Assembly: GCA_002633005.1 (NCBI GenBank)
Contig: NMRA01000025.1
Location: 69,757-133,756 of the forward strand
DNA length: 64,000 nt
Direction: 5' to 3'
Source of the DNA: Phoronis australis
Taxonomy: Eukaryota > Animalia > Phoronida
Position numbers and translations under genes: made by a program. Shown piece after piece: positions 14,239 to 27,700 of this stretch. The notes below the pieces were generated by a model. It did no database searches and was not told the origin of the DNA. It saw only the letters and a program-made list of their open reading frames with translations. Each line of letters begins with the position of its first letter. Within the stretch, counting starts at the first letter, position 1.

Positions 14239-17200
14239 GACTTTATTTAACAATATTCTTGGTGTCCAGAACTAGGTTAGGGATCACCTTTCAAGGTGTC
14301 ACTTAATGTCTGCAGAACACTGACTTAAAATTGTGCTCTTCATTTTTGCTGGAGTACATTGGGTTTTTTTTGAAAATTAGTGAAATCTCATTTGGGTTGG
14401 ATTTTGTAGATGCAAAACACGCTTGAGTAAAACTTGCTTTGCTTGTATCTCACGGATAGACATGCATGATTTTATTTTACTTTTCTCTCAAGAAGTTTGC
14501 TCTATGTAACTCCTCCCAGAATGTTCTAGTTTCTTCTGATATGTCAGGAAATCATAAAATTATTTTCAAATCATTAGTAAATTATGTTATTGTTTCAGAA
14601 TGATTTGTTCTCCTGAAGTCTGAATAATATCATTTTTAGACATGCTCAAATCACTTTATGTGATACTCATGTCCTGAATGAAAAACAGCTACAGAAAATG
14701 AAGAAATGGTCATCATTCCTTGAAGACATTTCTGGTAGAAATAAAACTTTTCAAGCCTTACAAGAATCTCATTGGTGGTTTATTGGCAGAAATGTGTTAA
14801 TGTTTTATTCTAATTTTCGCATATTGATTGTGGTTGCGCTTTGTAATGATAAAATTCCTTCAACAGTGGATGTGTCTGCCTCAGAATAGTTGCTTTTTAC
14901 CACATCTGTGGTGTGCCGGTATCAAATCAATAGCTGAGAGCAAACAGTGAATAAATTCCAACCCCTCCGAGTCTTCAATACTTGTAGCTCAAGAAGATCG
15001 CTGGTGTATTGATTTGTAACTATTGGGTGAAAACCACAGATTTTCAAGTGGCTTAGAAGTTAGTTTTTATGATATAATTGTAATGTAAAGCTCACTCAAA
15101 ATCATCGCTGTTGTCTATTACTGCCATAATCAAACCATTGGTGACAGACATTTCCACTTCACTACCAACTATTAACGTTTGTAGAAAATTAGTGAGAGCA
15201 TTTCAAAGCAGTTAGATATAGACTGATGTTTTGTAGTGGCTGTGGACTACAAGTCAAGCCACCCGCCCACATGATCTCAGGTATTGGTGTCCAAGAAATT
15301 GTTGCTGGGAGTGTCTCTGTAGTGGGGGAGCCTTGTCTGATAAGGCTTTGCTTGAGGTCAGACTTCCGAAGGACGTCTCTTACAGACTGGTTTTGACAGT
15401 TACTGAAAGTCAGAGGGAGAGGGGACTTTTCTTCACACGACTTACTAATATAGAAAAAGTTATTCTATGAGTGAATGTTGGTTGTACCTTTCTGTCCACA
15501 TTCCAGAAAAGCGGTTTGAAAGTCAAGAGTAGTTAGTTAATTGGATGGTAATGGAGATCATGCTGAGATATTTGTTTTCCATGTTTGTCTGGTTTATGTT
15601 TTTTGAACCAGAACAGTGCACTCAAGTTGTTTTTTATACTTATTTCCCTTACATGAACCATATCATTTGTGAATCTCAAGTTCACTAACTGTCTGGCAGT
15701 TGCCTGGTAACCATCTCTATCTCACCTGTCTATTACCTGTCTGCTTATAAGAGTATCTACGGTGAACTGTGAATGTAAGATAACCTACTTTAAATGCCTG
15801 CCATCTCTAACTAGCACTAAGTGATAGCTAGTTTAATACTCAACATTTTTCGAAAAAATAATCTGCTCAGGATGTGAACAGTGAGTCAGCACCAAATAAG
15901 TGTATCCTACAAATTGCTATACCTCCTTGAAATATGTTATTACCAATTTATTGGAAAATACAGCCTGTACATTATAACTGTTCAGTCCAGCCAAACTTCT
16001 CCATGCTATGCAGTGTGCACATCTTGGTCAACCCTCATCATCAGCCATTATGTGATAACCTGGTTAATTCAGATATGTAGACTGAATGCTTGCATTCACG
16101 AATTTCAGACTCTTGCCACTTTCTTGAGATCACCTAAAGCCCATTTCAGTTGAGCTACATTGTCAAGAGATAGGTATCTGCCACAGTTGCATAGAAGTAC
16201 AGTGTGTTCAGCTTTGTGCAACTTATCAGTAGACACTTTGCAGAATTGGGAGGAGTGAGTGCATTTGCAGATAAATCAAAATCACATTTGCATTTCTAGT
16301 ATTCCGACAGTTGGATTCAGGCTTGAACTATGTCCTTCTAGCTGTGTACATTTGCAGTATGTTTCACTCAGTAGGTACAGCTTTACGGAATGCAAAGTGT
16401 AATGGCTTGGTAAAGTTTGATAAGGTCAAACAGAAATCTCAGCAAACAGAACTGGTTGAGGGATTGGGAGTTAACTCCTGTATTGAGCAATCGTTCAGTT
16501 GTATTTTGAATGGTGCCTGGGAATCGTTATCACTAGCACATGTACAAAACAAAGTACAAATCTTGTATGCTTTAATATCCACCATGTTGTTAGTTTTGCC
16601 TTGTTTGGTTCATTTCAGTGGTAATAGGAAGCGTTATATTTCATGTCAGTGTTCAGCTGCCTCAGCGAAGACAATGTAAACCAAAAGCTGTTCAGTTATC
16701 CCGACTCAACAAATCGTAGTGTGGTGCCTGGTTCATATTGCATTGATCTATGATGAATTAAGCATGAATTCAGTCATACTTTATTGTAGTCTGGTATCCA
16801 CTGTTCTGATGCTAGTGTGAATGCAACAGAGTCGCACATTTTTGGTCAACTGTTTGTGCAACTTTTTCGGCCTACTAAGTCGTTCGTCACTTTAAGATAT
16901 TGACGGTATTACTAACGAACCATGTGATGAGGCTGGCTTTCACTCACCTTTGGCTACAAGTCTGTGCCCAGGTGGAGAAAGGATTCCAGAGTGAATAAAC
17001 AGATGTCTGGAAGCCAGGCAGGACTCCCTAAATAAACATCCACAGTGTAACTGATGATAAGTTATGCATTTCAACTTTAGTATGGCAACAGAGATCATCT
17101 GTGCTTTGTTTAGGGATTTTTAAATATGAGCACAGCCACAGAAATCGCTTGCGCAGTATATGCTGGTTCTCATTCATTCCCTTGCATGCATTCACTTAAG

Positions 17201-19431
17201 ACTGAGCTCAGAGGAGTAGGTGACAGCTTTGTGCAATGCTCGATTGTCTGCTAGTAAAGCCAGGATTTAAAAGCGGGTCTCCCGGATACTTCGTTGAGGC
17301 GTCAGCGTTTTGGGAAGTATCAGTTGGTGGTTAGCGTTGGTCCTGGATTGAAATTAACAGCCCAAGTTAACTTCGCAGTAGACAGGTGGATTTAACCACG
17401 GGATGTCATGTGGACACTTGATGCTGTATAAAAAGTGTCAAACATGGTTTCATTGAAGTTATTAACTTATGTGGCTCTTATTGGCAAATGTTGTAGTATT
17501 TATCTTTGACATTTTTGTCAACTATTCACCATTCTACAACTAAATATACACTTCATTTCATTTATTACCCAACAATTAGAATGGATACTTTGAATTTCAA
17601 AAGACTAAACGTGCATTGCATTTTCGGAGTGCCATCTTGCGATAACTTCAGTGATCCACACATCAAAGCCACTAACTACCAAAAGGTTTAACTATGCAGT
17701 TTACATCATTGGTGCCCTGATACTTGAGATAAGTTGGTATGACAACGCCTTTAAGACACTTGTGATTTCTACTGTTAGTGAGGCAGTTATTTAAAGTTGC
17801 ATTTCATCCTGTATAGTTGGCGAAAATCGAATGGCCTTTTACTATCAATGACTCAACAAAAGGCTTCAGAATTAATGGGGGGCTTGGTCAACCTTGAAAC
17901 TGCTAATTTGAAAATGGCGTATTCATTCTGTGGAACTTAAGTTCGTTAGGAAAATGAATTCTTATAATGAAAAGAATCTGAATTTCATGAGAGTAAAATG
18001 CATAATTTGATATGTGTTTTTTAACCAACTAAACGGCCAAGTATCCTTTAAGCGACTGCTGTGCACTGTAATGGTTCACCAAGCAACCGTGCACAAGTGC
18101 TGTCCATTACCCATGTGCCCTGCACAGTTATTGAATATTCAATGTCTTTGCAAAAAAGTGCTTAAAATTCTGGGTTTAACAAGATCCTTGTTTTTGAGTG
18201 GAGGTACTTGAGCTCTAAGTGGTCCGCCCATGTAGATGGTTCACTTATTCTTTTTGTGAAATTATTGTAGTTGTACACTCCTATATGTTGAGAAATATCT
18301 TGTCTCATCCATTCTGGCGATATTGATAACACTAAGTCATCATTAATTCGCCTTGGTATCACAGTCCACCCACCTGGATAAGGTATCAGTTACAACCATC
18401 ACTTAAAATGAATAGGTAACATCACCTAACACCCTCTGGTGGATGTCTGTGAACCCCTGATATGACACACTAACTCACTAGTGCAGCTTACATTTAACTG
18501 TTTGATGAATGACTCATGGCAGGTCACATTGACATTATTAAAATTCAAAAGTCAACAGTACCCAAGTTCCTGACTACAGATAATGGGGAAGTCTCACAAG
18601 GGGTCATTTTCTTCAGAAAGGGCGTTATGTCTGGGGTATTGCTGCAGAGTAGTAGTTTATTGTAGATTTTTAAGGATATCTCGAACCTTATTCGTAAAAA
18701 TTTGCCTTTTTTACTACATTTCACATCTGTCTAGCAAAATACCTTAAATTCTTTCATGGGGAACTTAAATACGAAATATATACCGTGTAGCGAGAAAAAA
18801 GATTTAGCAGAACCACTTTTGAACTGCACAACTGCATGGAAAATTGTTTTGGACTTATCCTAGGTCAAAGGTTATGGGGCGGTCACTCAAATTGATTCTC
18901 CTGGTGCTATAGGCATACAGCAGTTTCATATGTACCCTCAGTTTTTTTCATTCACCGTGTCGCCATAATATTGAGTCAACATAGCATGGAAAGATGTTGC
19001 AGAAAACAAAGATAAAACAAAGTTTTTATCTTGAGGGAGTTGTGCGTCTGCACGCATATGACTGTTGAGAACAAATGCACCAGGTCCGAGTTGCTGAACT
19101 ATGATCACTAATGCAGCAAAATGTTTAAAAAGTTTAAATCCTCCCTAACATTCATTATGCATTGCCAATAACTTGAGTTAGTAACGGAAATGGAATCCGA
19201 CCACAGCAAAGAATGCGATATGACCAATTTTATGAAAGTAAAAAGCCTAATTCAATTTCCGTTTTTAGCTAGCTAAACAGGGTAAAATACTGCTTTAAAA
19301 TTTGCAAATCTGGTGTGCAAATTATTCTTAGGCATTTTTTGTGGTACATGTTTTGCTTTGGCATTTTTATCAACTGTTTGTGTGTGCGCTGTTTGCTTAC
19401 GTTAAGATAGTTTACCTGTTATTAATTGCAG

Positions 19432-19505
19432 GTAGTGGACTGAGGGGGCCCAGCTGAGTACAGTAGTATTGCAGAAAGGGACATATCACACTTACCTGGA
19501 GAAAG
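19432..19505 (+). other. Possible non-coding 5' UTR exon of the adducin gene
   Basis: ttaattgcag acceptor and AAG|gtaaag donor bracket 74 nt about 2.1 kb upstream of coding exon 1. Splice signals only, no transcript evidence. Confidence 0.3.
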
Positions 19506-21668
19506 GTAAAGAATGACACTGAGAATATGGGCCATGTTGTTGATGAATTTTAAGATACTATAGGTCATTTTCCAGTTTCACTATCATTCCACCTCTTCAA
19601 TCAAAACGGATTTGCATGAGTTGAAAATGGAACCTTGGTATTCAGTTTTCTAAACAGATGCAGTTATGATGCAGGCATGCATTCAACAAGTCCGTTGTCA
19701 TGCTTCAAGTTTCGTGAGATCACGCAAGTCTGAGATTTCACCCTTGATCTGGCAAGCTTTCAGTCGTCAGTAAACAGTATTGTTGAATGCGTAAAGTTAT
19801 CACTACGTAGCCAAACAAGAGACGCCTTGATGATATGAACTGTGATTAATCCTATGAGTAGTCAGTAGTGCTTGAAACTTAGTGAGATCACATGTTTGAC
19901 TTAAAAACGTGGTCGCATGTGACACAGGCTTGGGGTTCTCACCAATCGAACTCACAAGTCCTAATGAAAGCACCTTACCCCTTTGGGCTTGTCACTGTTG
20001 TGATCTTGTGGGAGGATTTAAACATTTTATCCATCTAAGTGGCCATTGTTTCCAGCTGGGTATGAATAACGGGTAGAAACCATTTAATTGCTGTTACGTT
20101 CCCCTAAACCCCAGTCCTGGTCAGCAAACACCTAACACATTTTACAAATTGCATACCTGCATTATATACCCAGATACCAGATTCTTCACCCACAATCATG
20201 GTTTAGGTTTGGATTATGGTACGCAGTTATGGAGTTTGGTCATTGGGCAAGGAGTATTTTCAGTACACATGTCGAGTGTAGGCGGGTAAGGAATTAGTTT
20301 GATGTTTGCTGGATCGGAACTGCGGTTCAGGGGACCGAAACTGGAATTTAGAGGTGCGAGCTTGGACTTGTTTCTACTCCCTGAATGCCTGCTGAGATCT
20401 GTATACCACTGACCAGCTATCCTGCTGAAAGTTATCAGTTTTTACAATGTTTTTTTCTTTCGCCCCGTGTAACAAGCTTAATTGCTACAGGAAAGGCATG
20501 ATAAATCTCAGTGGAAAGTTGTAGATAACAAATAGCGAAACAAAGCTCTTCTGTACAAGTTTTGTTTGGAAGTAGCTGAGGCCGAGGGCCCTTTGGTTGT
20601 TTCTTCATATTTCACTTGTAACTAATCATATTTCCGCTTTTCGTGTCAAGCTTTACCCATCTTAGGACATATTTGAAACCGGTTTTTAAAACAGTTCTTC
20701 AGCTCAATCAATTCTTTGTTAAATTTGTCGCTGTGGAAACTGAGTTTGCTGCTGCTTAAGAATTGTTAGTTTGCTTGACTATCTACATTTTTGTATTTAC
20801 AATTTCTAGATATTCTGCCTGGTAAGCTTTTGTAGTGGGAAAATAGTGTTCTGTATCGTTGCAGAGGAATGTCTTCATTCAGTTTTGTACAACACTAAAC
20901 TGTTTGCTTTTTGATAACAGAAGTGGATCACCATATATCCAGTTCACTTGACATTTGATTTCCTGGCTTTTATTGGCTCAGAAAAGAACTGGGTTGGCAA
21001 GATAGGGTGTTGAAATGAACAGGTGTATTTTTGGGCTTGAGAACTGGGATTTTTTCAGTTACTTGTTATGAGTGAAACTTGAATGTGAACTGTGGTATAT
21101 TGTTATACAAAACCACAAAGGATTTGTATAACATTAGTTGTTTTAAATTGAATTCTAAATTAAGCATGTAGTCTGTTGTGAAAAATGGTCCCCTGCCTCA
21201 GTTAGTGACAATTAGTGCCTGACTGGAATATAAGCTGTGTTAGATGACAAGAGTTGATATTTCAATGTCAATACTCAGGGTGCAAACATACATGTTTGTT
21301 ATCTATGTTTTGACTAGCACAGAAAATGTCATCCAAAATTTAACTTTCTAGTTTTCAAAAATGTGCCTTGGACATCCCTGTACTGTTGCTAAATTTATGT
21401 GTTTGTCTGGAAATTGTTTCCAAATGTTAACTGATATGCATAGGAAAGCAGTTGTCCATGGTACTTCTGCGTTGGTTTGTGTTCTCTGAGACAGAAAGTA
21501 GTGACCAAACACAGAAAGCCGTGTGTGCCTTTAAATAATAGTAGCCGTGACTGATTAAATAATTACTGACATAATAGCAACCGTGACTGATGGACTAATT
21601 ACTGACATCTTGAATCTGCTACTGATTTCTGTTCCAAATATGGTAGGTTGTCTTCTGACGGACACACA

Positions 21669-21729
21669 ATGACAGAACCTCAAATGAACGGTCCTGTGGA
21701 GGGAGACGAACGGTTCATCGACAAAGTCG
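21669..21729 (+). CDS. hts: Adducin coding exon 1 ([20 protein letters not shown])
   Basis: Acceptor tag ends at 21646, ATG at 21669, donor G|gtaagt. The phase-1 end joins exon 2 to give D-P-D-D-P. Confidence 0.85.
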
Positions 21730-24700
21730 GTAAGTACTTTGCCTTTTCAGAAATATAAACTTAATATCATTCTTACATCTGATTCTTTGATAACTGGTAG
21801 TTTGGTTATGAATTTGTCCTTTGTTTTGAAACACGCAACACACACACACACCAAATACTGCCTATGTATACAGAAAGTTTTGATTTTTTTCGAGATGTTA
21901 TGGCTAACATACATTTTTCACTTAGTAAAATATTTCTTGTGTGAAACAACCAAAATATATGTTGTTTCACCTGCGTGAGATTGAGACCAGATGACACCAT
22001 ATGTCCATGACAGTGATTGAGATGAATCTAACTAGCATCATGTGAGGCTGCCAAATGGGTCTGAGATAATGATGTCATTTGACTATTGATTTACTTGTAA
22101 AGATATCTTTAGACCAACTATTGACTATCTAGTCTTGGAATTTGTCCTCTGGAGTTAAGTGACCTCAATAAGGGCATCGGTTGGTATCTGTGTGTAATAT
22201 TTAAATTGACAATATGTTTTGAAGCCACACTATTACATATGTAACATTAAGGTAAATTAGAGAATGTTTGTAATGATATGCTTATTATTGATCTGTTTAG
22301 CACTCAATATGGCACACCCGTGGAATTTCAATTTATCGAATTTCTTGAAAAGTATGTTTCATTTTCGACACAATTTATACATAAAAGATAAAAATGGTAA
22401 ATTTTTCAGTATTTTTATCATTGCAGTCAGCCTTTGAAAATGGCCGTTTTGGCAGTTACTAATGTAACTGAAGAATTACCTTCCACTGTAGTTAGTATGG
22501 TAAAAACTCCATTTCAGACACTTTTTCAAAAAGATTGTAATCACGTCTGTTCTTTAAAAGAAATGAGTAACAACTTGACTTGAAGAATAAAGAAAGACCT
22601 ACCTTGCTGTTGAATTGGTGTGCGCACCCATCCATAGGGCCGGTGAATTTGGTGTTTATTTGTCAGTCTCTGTGAGCTTGGACAAATTCGTGACGCTCTT
22701 TAATGTCTGTCTTTGTAGACCCTGATGACCCAGACTACATTCGGAACCACCAGCGACCAGTGGAGATTAAAGAGGACATTCAACTGATGGACTCGCGCAA
22801 ACGCGTCTCTCTCATTCTCAACAGTGAAGCCTTTCGTGAAGAACTAGAACAGATTGTTGAGGAGCAGCTGCGCCAAGGGCCTCATCCCGCTGGAGTGGTG
22901 GCGCTGCAGCAGCTCTCGGAGCTTCTTAACCCCAGGAATCGCACTAATAGAAGCACTGCTGGAGGTGAGGTTGTGACGTATGTGGGCAAGACTGCTGTTA
23001 TAAGGCAGGATGTGATAATGAGGGAGGTGGGTGATTTTACTGAGGGGTGGGCAGTGTTCTGGTGATGGGGATGAGCGTATGACTGTAAGAAATAATGGTG
23101 TGGAGTGAATGTGGTGATAAGGAAGGAAGGTATGAGAGCAGAGGGATGGTAACAGTACAAGGTGATTGTAGGGGTGTGGTGGTATTGTGGTAGAGGTGTT
23201 GTACTCAAAAGGTGAAGTAATTCTCACAGGTGACGTGATGATAAGAGGTTGGCTTGGATGGTCAGAACCCACAATGCCTGTAGTATCAGCATCAGTAATA
23301 ATGTGTAAATGTTAAGTTGACTTAAAACTTAATGCATAAGACAGCTGGACATATTGTGAGGAACCATTTATGTTTTTTCCTCTTATTGTTAACTGATTTC
23401 ATTCTATATTGCTGACTGTGTTATTCCCTTCTAGTCTCCAACACTATCATCCCTGTGGCTGATATTCGCGGTATTGACTCGGCCAACTACTCTAAGGGTG
23501 AGAAGATCTTCCGTTGTAAACTAGCCTCCCTCTACAGACTCATTGACCTGTTTGGATGGTCGCAGGGCATTTATAACCATATCTCGGTAAGTTTCAATTA
23601 ATGATAAGCTCTTGGTTGTTGTCAAGTTTTTGCCGTGTCCATTACCAACAAGAACATAGAAGCCATCAGTGGTTGGCCAATCCTAAAACTGCCAATTTGA
23701 AAATGACATGTGTATGCATTGTCTGTGATTTGAGTTTTCATCGCCTTTGGCAATAACACAAGATCAGATGAATGTGGTCATGTTTTTAATCCCCAAAGCG
23801 CTTTGTTTAAGTATTTAACGTAGTGAAACTATCTAAATGTTGCTCGTAGCTTTGGCAAAATTTTTAAATTCACTCCCTGAATTTCTCACTTGTTCAGATT
23901 ATCTTTTAAAGTTTTTGAACTGAAAAAATTGTATGGGTCTGTTGGAATCAGTCCTTTATGCAGTGTCGTCCTGGCACTAATCTGGACGCCCTGGCAAGGA
24001 CGCCCAATGTCTCATTTGGACCCCACTGTCAATAGGAACCTTTCAAGTTTGGACTCACACATTGTAATGAATACTAAAAGCCTCTGAAGGCTCACAGTGG
24101 GGGCTCTTTTTCAAAGCAGGAAGAAATATACAATGTATATACAAACTATATAAAATGTTGCTATGCTCACACTTGGTTGATAGCATTGTAAGAGTCTTGG
24201 TCTACAGTTTTTTTAGTAAAAGTGCTCACTTCAGTAGGCTGTAAACTTAGATGTAAAAACAGCTTGGTCTATGCATTTTTGTAAAAAAATCTGTGTGTTT
24301 GGGGGGATTGCTGGGGGTGGGGGGTTACGCGTCGGAATCATGGACGCCCTGGAATATTGAGAACCCCATTTTGGACACCCTATTTTCAAAATCCTGGATA
24401 AAGGCCTGGTTTGAATCTTTTAACTTTGTAAAGTAAACAATTTGTCACGTTATTTTTTACTTCGTGAACCATATTTGATTCTTCTGATTCTGTTTTGTCG
24501 CCATAGCCACATCTGTATTTGTCTCCATAGCTACGACTGAACCAGGAACAAGAGCACTTCCTCATCAACCCATTTGGCATGCTGTACAATGAAGTGACCG
24601 CGTCCAGCTTGGTTAAGATCGACATGCAGGGCAACGTGGTGGACCAGGGGAGCACAGTCCTGGGGGTCAACAAATCCGGCTTCATCATCCATGCCGCCGT

Positions 24701-27700
24701 GCACGCTGCCCGGCCAGACATACGTTGTGTGGTACATCTACACACATCACCGGCAGTTTGTGTAAGTCCTGGTTGGAAATTGATACATGATGCTACAATC
24801 GAACCTCGTTATAACCAAGCAGTGATCTCTTTTGTGAAAAGTGACTGGAGGCTGAAGTCAGAAATTTGGTTTTATGGTCCACACAACTATTTCTGAAAAA
24901 TGATGAACTCTTACTTGAGTGAAAATGCCAAGTTCCTGAGAATATGCATGTAACTGCTAGTTGTTGAGATATTTTTTATTTAGATTGTAAGGCGCTCATA
25001 ATTACCTGATTAAGCCTTTATTCAGCAATAGGAGGATAAAACCAGATTGGTTTCTTAATTCATTTTTCATGAAACAGACCCCTGGTTTATAATGTTTGTA
25101 CTTTTGTAACACTGCATTCCCCGAGTCCCAAGGCAAAAGCATTGTATACAAGTTGCGTTGGTGACAGAAAACTTTGGCTACAATGAACATTTTAAAAGGT
25201 CCGGTTAGGGTTCGTGGTTACGTGGTTCGGCTATAGGGCTTAGGTGATCAAAGTGTTGAGGACATGGATTGCACGATTAAACTTATTTCTTAACCACAGT
25301 TGATTTTGGTTCAAATTCAGACTCTTGTCTCATTTGCTCTTCTGATGTAGTTGAAACCCTTATAGATTTCATGTCATACTGAAACTTCTTTGGTCTTTAA
25401 GTAAATTTGGAATATCTCTTGATGCCTTTGAAGTTGAAATGCATTCAGCTGAGACCGAAGGAGAGTTGCAAGATATAACCATGTACTAAGAACGATCTTA
25501 TCTTCAGTTACCACCAGTTCAGTGTACATTTCAAAATTTTGCTCTTTTGGCAGTTATTTTATCTTAGAAAATTTTTGGGTATTTGATTGAAGTAGTTGCT
25601 TAATAAAATAGTACCGTCGAAGAAACATTCTTGAAGTATTCAAGGTACATTTTGGTGTAGAAATAGCATTTGATTTTGTGAAATATCTCATTAGAAGTAA
25701 AGAAGAAGTTTTATACCTTGTTGTTAGGAGCACCATTAGTATGCTATTGTTCAGCTGTCAGTAACATTCTACATTTGTGACAATGTAGCAATCTTGTAAA
25801 AATGACACTATGACTATGAGTTTTGCTACTTGATAGAAGATACACTGTTGTGATAAGGACACTGTTAGGTCTGCATTGCTGCGACAATAACTTTATGAAG
25901 CTTTTTCCTGGAATCGATAAACTTAATATGTGAGGCGAAGGGGCGTTACTTCTAATGGACATTATGTTGTTCTTTATGAGATGTAGAATATGTTGATGGT
26001 GGAATGTCATTAACATTTAATGCATTTCAGAAATATGCTTCAGGGCTTTTGAAAACTAACTTTTCTGTTGCAGGTGTCGGCCATGAAGTGCGGCCTGTTA
26101 CCTATCTCCCAGGAAGCCGCCATCCTGGGGGGTATCAGTTACCATGACTACGAAGGTATTGTCGTCGACAACGATGAGCAAGATAGGCTAGCGCGCAATC
26201 TAGGACCTAACAACAAAGTGAGTTGAACATTCCTTGTTGATATAAGTGTGAGGTATGGCTGAAAGGAAGAGTTTGTTTTCTCCAAAATGATTGTGAAATA
26301 AAATGTTTAAAGCATATACCAAATGTATTTAGTTTCTGCTATACAGACAACTCAGCTGGAATTGTTTGGATAGCTTAGAGGAGAATGTTACTTTTGAAGG
26401 CCTTCTTGGTCAATTTAGACATATTTTAAGCTAGTTCTGAAAATGTCAACTAGTCAGAGTAAGTTGTTTTCCCTCAATTTTCAGTTGCGATAACTGCTCA
26501 ATAATCAAGACACCATTTTCAATCCCACTCCCGTTACATAACAATTTGCCGTTGACTTGAGCTGTGGTGCCAGTAACAAGACCAATACAACAACAACTCA
26601 TCTGGTCAGACACACAGTGTTAAAGTGTTTTGCATTAACTTGCTTTTTGTGTCACTCTTATTGCATCAAGAATTGCTAATCTCATATTTGTGTGAATCCA
26701 GTAAAAAGTTTTAGAACAAATTTCAGACTGCCTAAAATATGCCCTTCAAAAAGTAACATTCTCATTCAAGGGTCTTACATTTTCTGTATCAGTTGTGCTG
26801 TTTTGAAATCGCATCCGTTGGTCTGCAAGGAATGTGTGCTCCCAGGTGTGGGGCTCAATTATAGCATTTTTAGGTCATCTTTTGTTGTAAACTGGAACCT
26901 GCGATAGTTACTGTCTTACAAATTCATGGATAAGTTGCTTGTTTACTTCAAGCATCAGTGAAGATGACGTTTCCACTTGCTATGATTCATGTACAGTGCT
27001 CTTCATTAATGAGTGCATTCCTAGCTCACAGATGTATTGAGCATTTGAATGGACCATAAACCCTGTGTGTTCTGTGTCGTATATCTGTTAATTGTGTTGA
27101 ACAGTGCAACAAGTGTTGTTATGTTGCCTTGTAGATTCTAATATTGCGTAACCATGGTGTGCTGGTGTGTGGTGCCACTGTAGAGGAAGCATTTTACAAG
27201 ACTACCATGTTCATGCAGGCTGCTGATATACAGGTGAGTCGGGTAAAGTTGAGTTACAGTACAAGACAAAAGTAACCAGACAAAATACAGTACAAGACAA
27301 AAGAAACCAGACAAAACACATTTCTCTATCATGACTGATAATTCTATTAACAGCAAAAATGACTGATTTTAGGTACTACCATTGCAAAATTGTTATTATA
27401 TTGGTTGAGTTACCTTACTAACTTTCTTGCTAATTTTTCTTCATTCTCAGTCATAACGGAAGACTACTGTGATGGTGAATTCGGCTCTTGCTCAGCTGTC
27501 GTGACGGGGGAATTCCGGGTCGTTTTGTCTGAATACGTTTGGCTTGAACTGTTATCTCAAAGTAACTTCTGTGAGCTCACATGGTTTGAAAATGAATGTT
27601 TTGGCGATTGTAATCCTTGTTATGATAACTGTCCTTTCTCATTTCATCAGTAGATGACATAGGTGTTCATAGTCTCTTCAGTGTCTTCTGTCTTGGGCCT

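Noticed and set aside
358-18362. Numerous 60-120 aa ORFs in the first 18 kb
   Set aside because: No recognisable domains, non-protein-like composition and no consistent exon chain.
21537-21608. Short imperfect tandem repeat upstream of adducin exon 1
   Set aside because: Only two units of about 36 bp; an ordinary slippage duplication, not a CRISPR-like array.
22844-23272. His/Pro/Thr-rich minus-strand ORFs (142 and 108 aa)
   Set aside because: Antisense to adducin exon 2 and to a GT-rich low-complexity intron stretch; a compositional artefact.
24386-24745. Minus-strand ORFs overlapping adducin exons (also 35758-36018, 44362-44796, 45013-45270)
   Set aside because: Shadow frames of real + strand exons.
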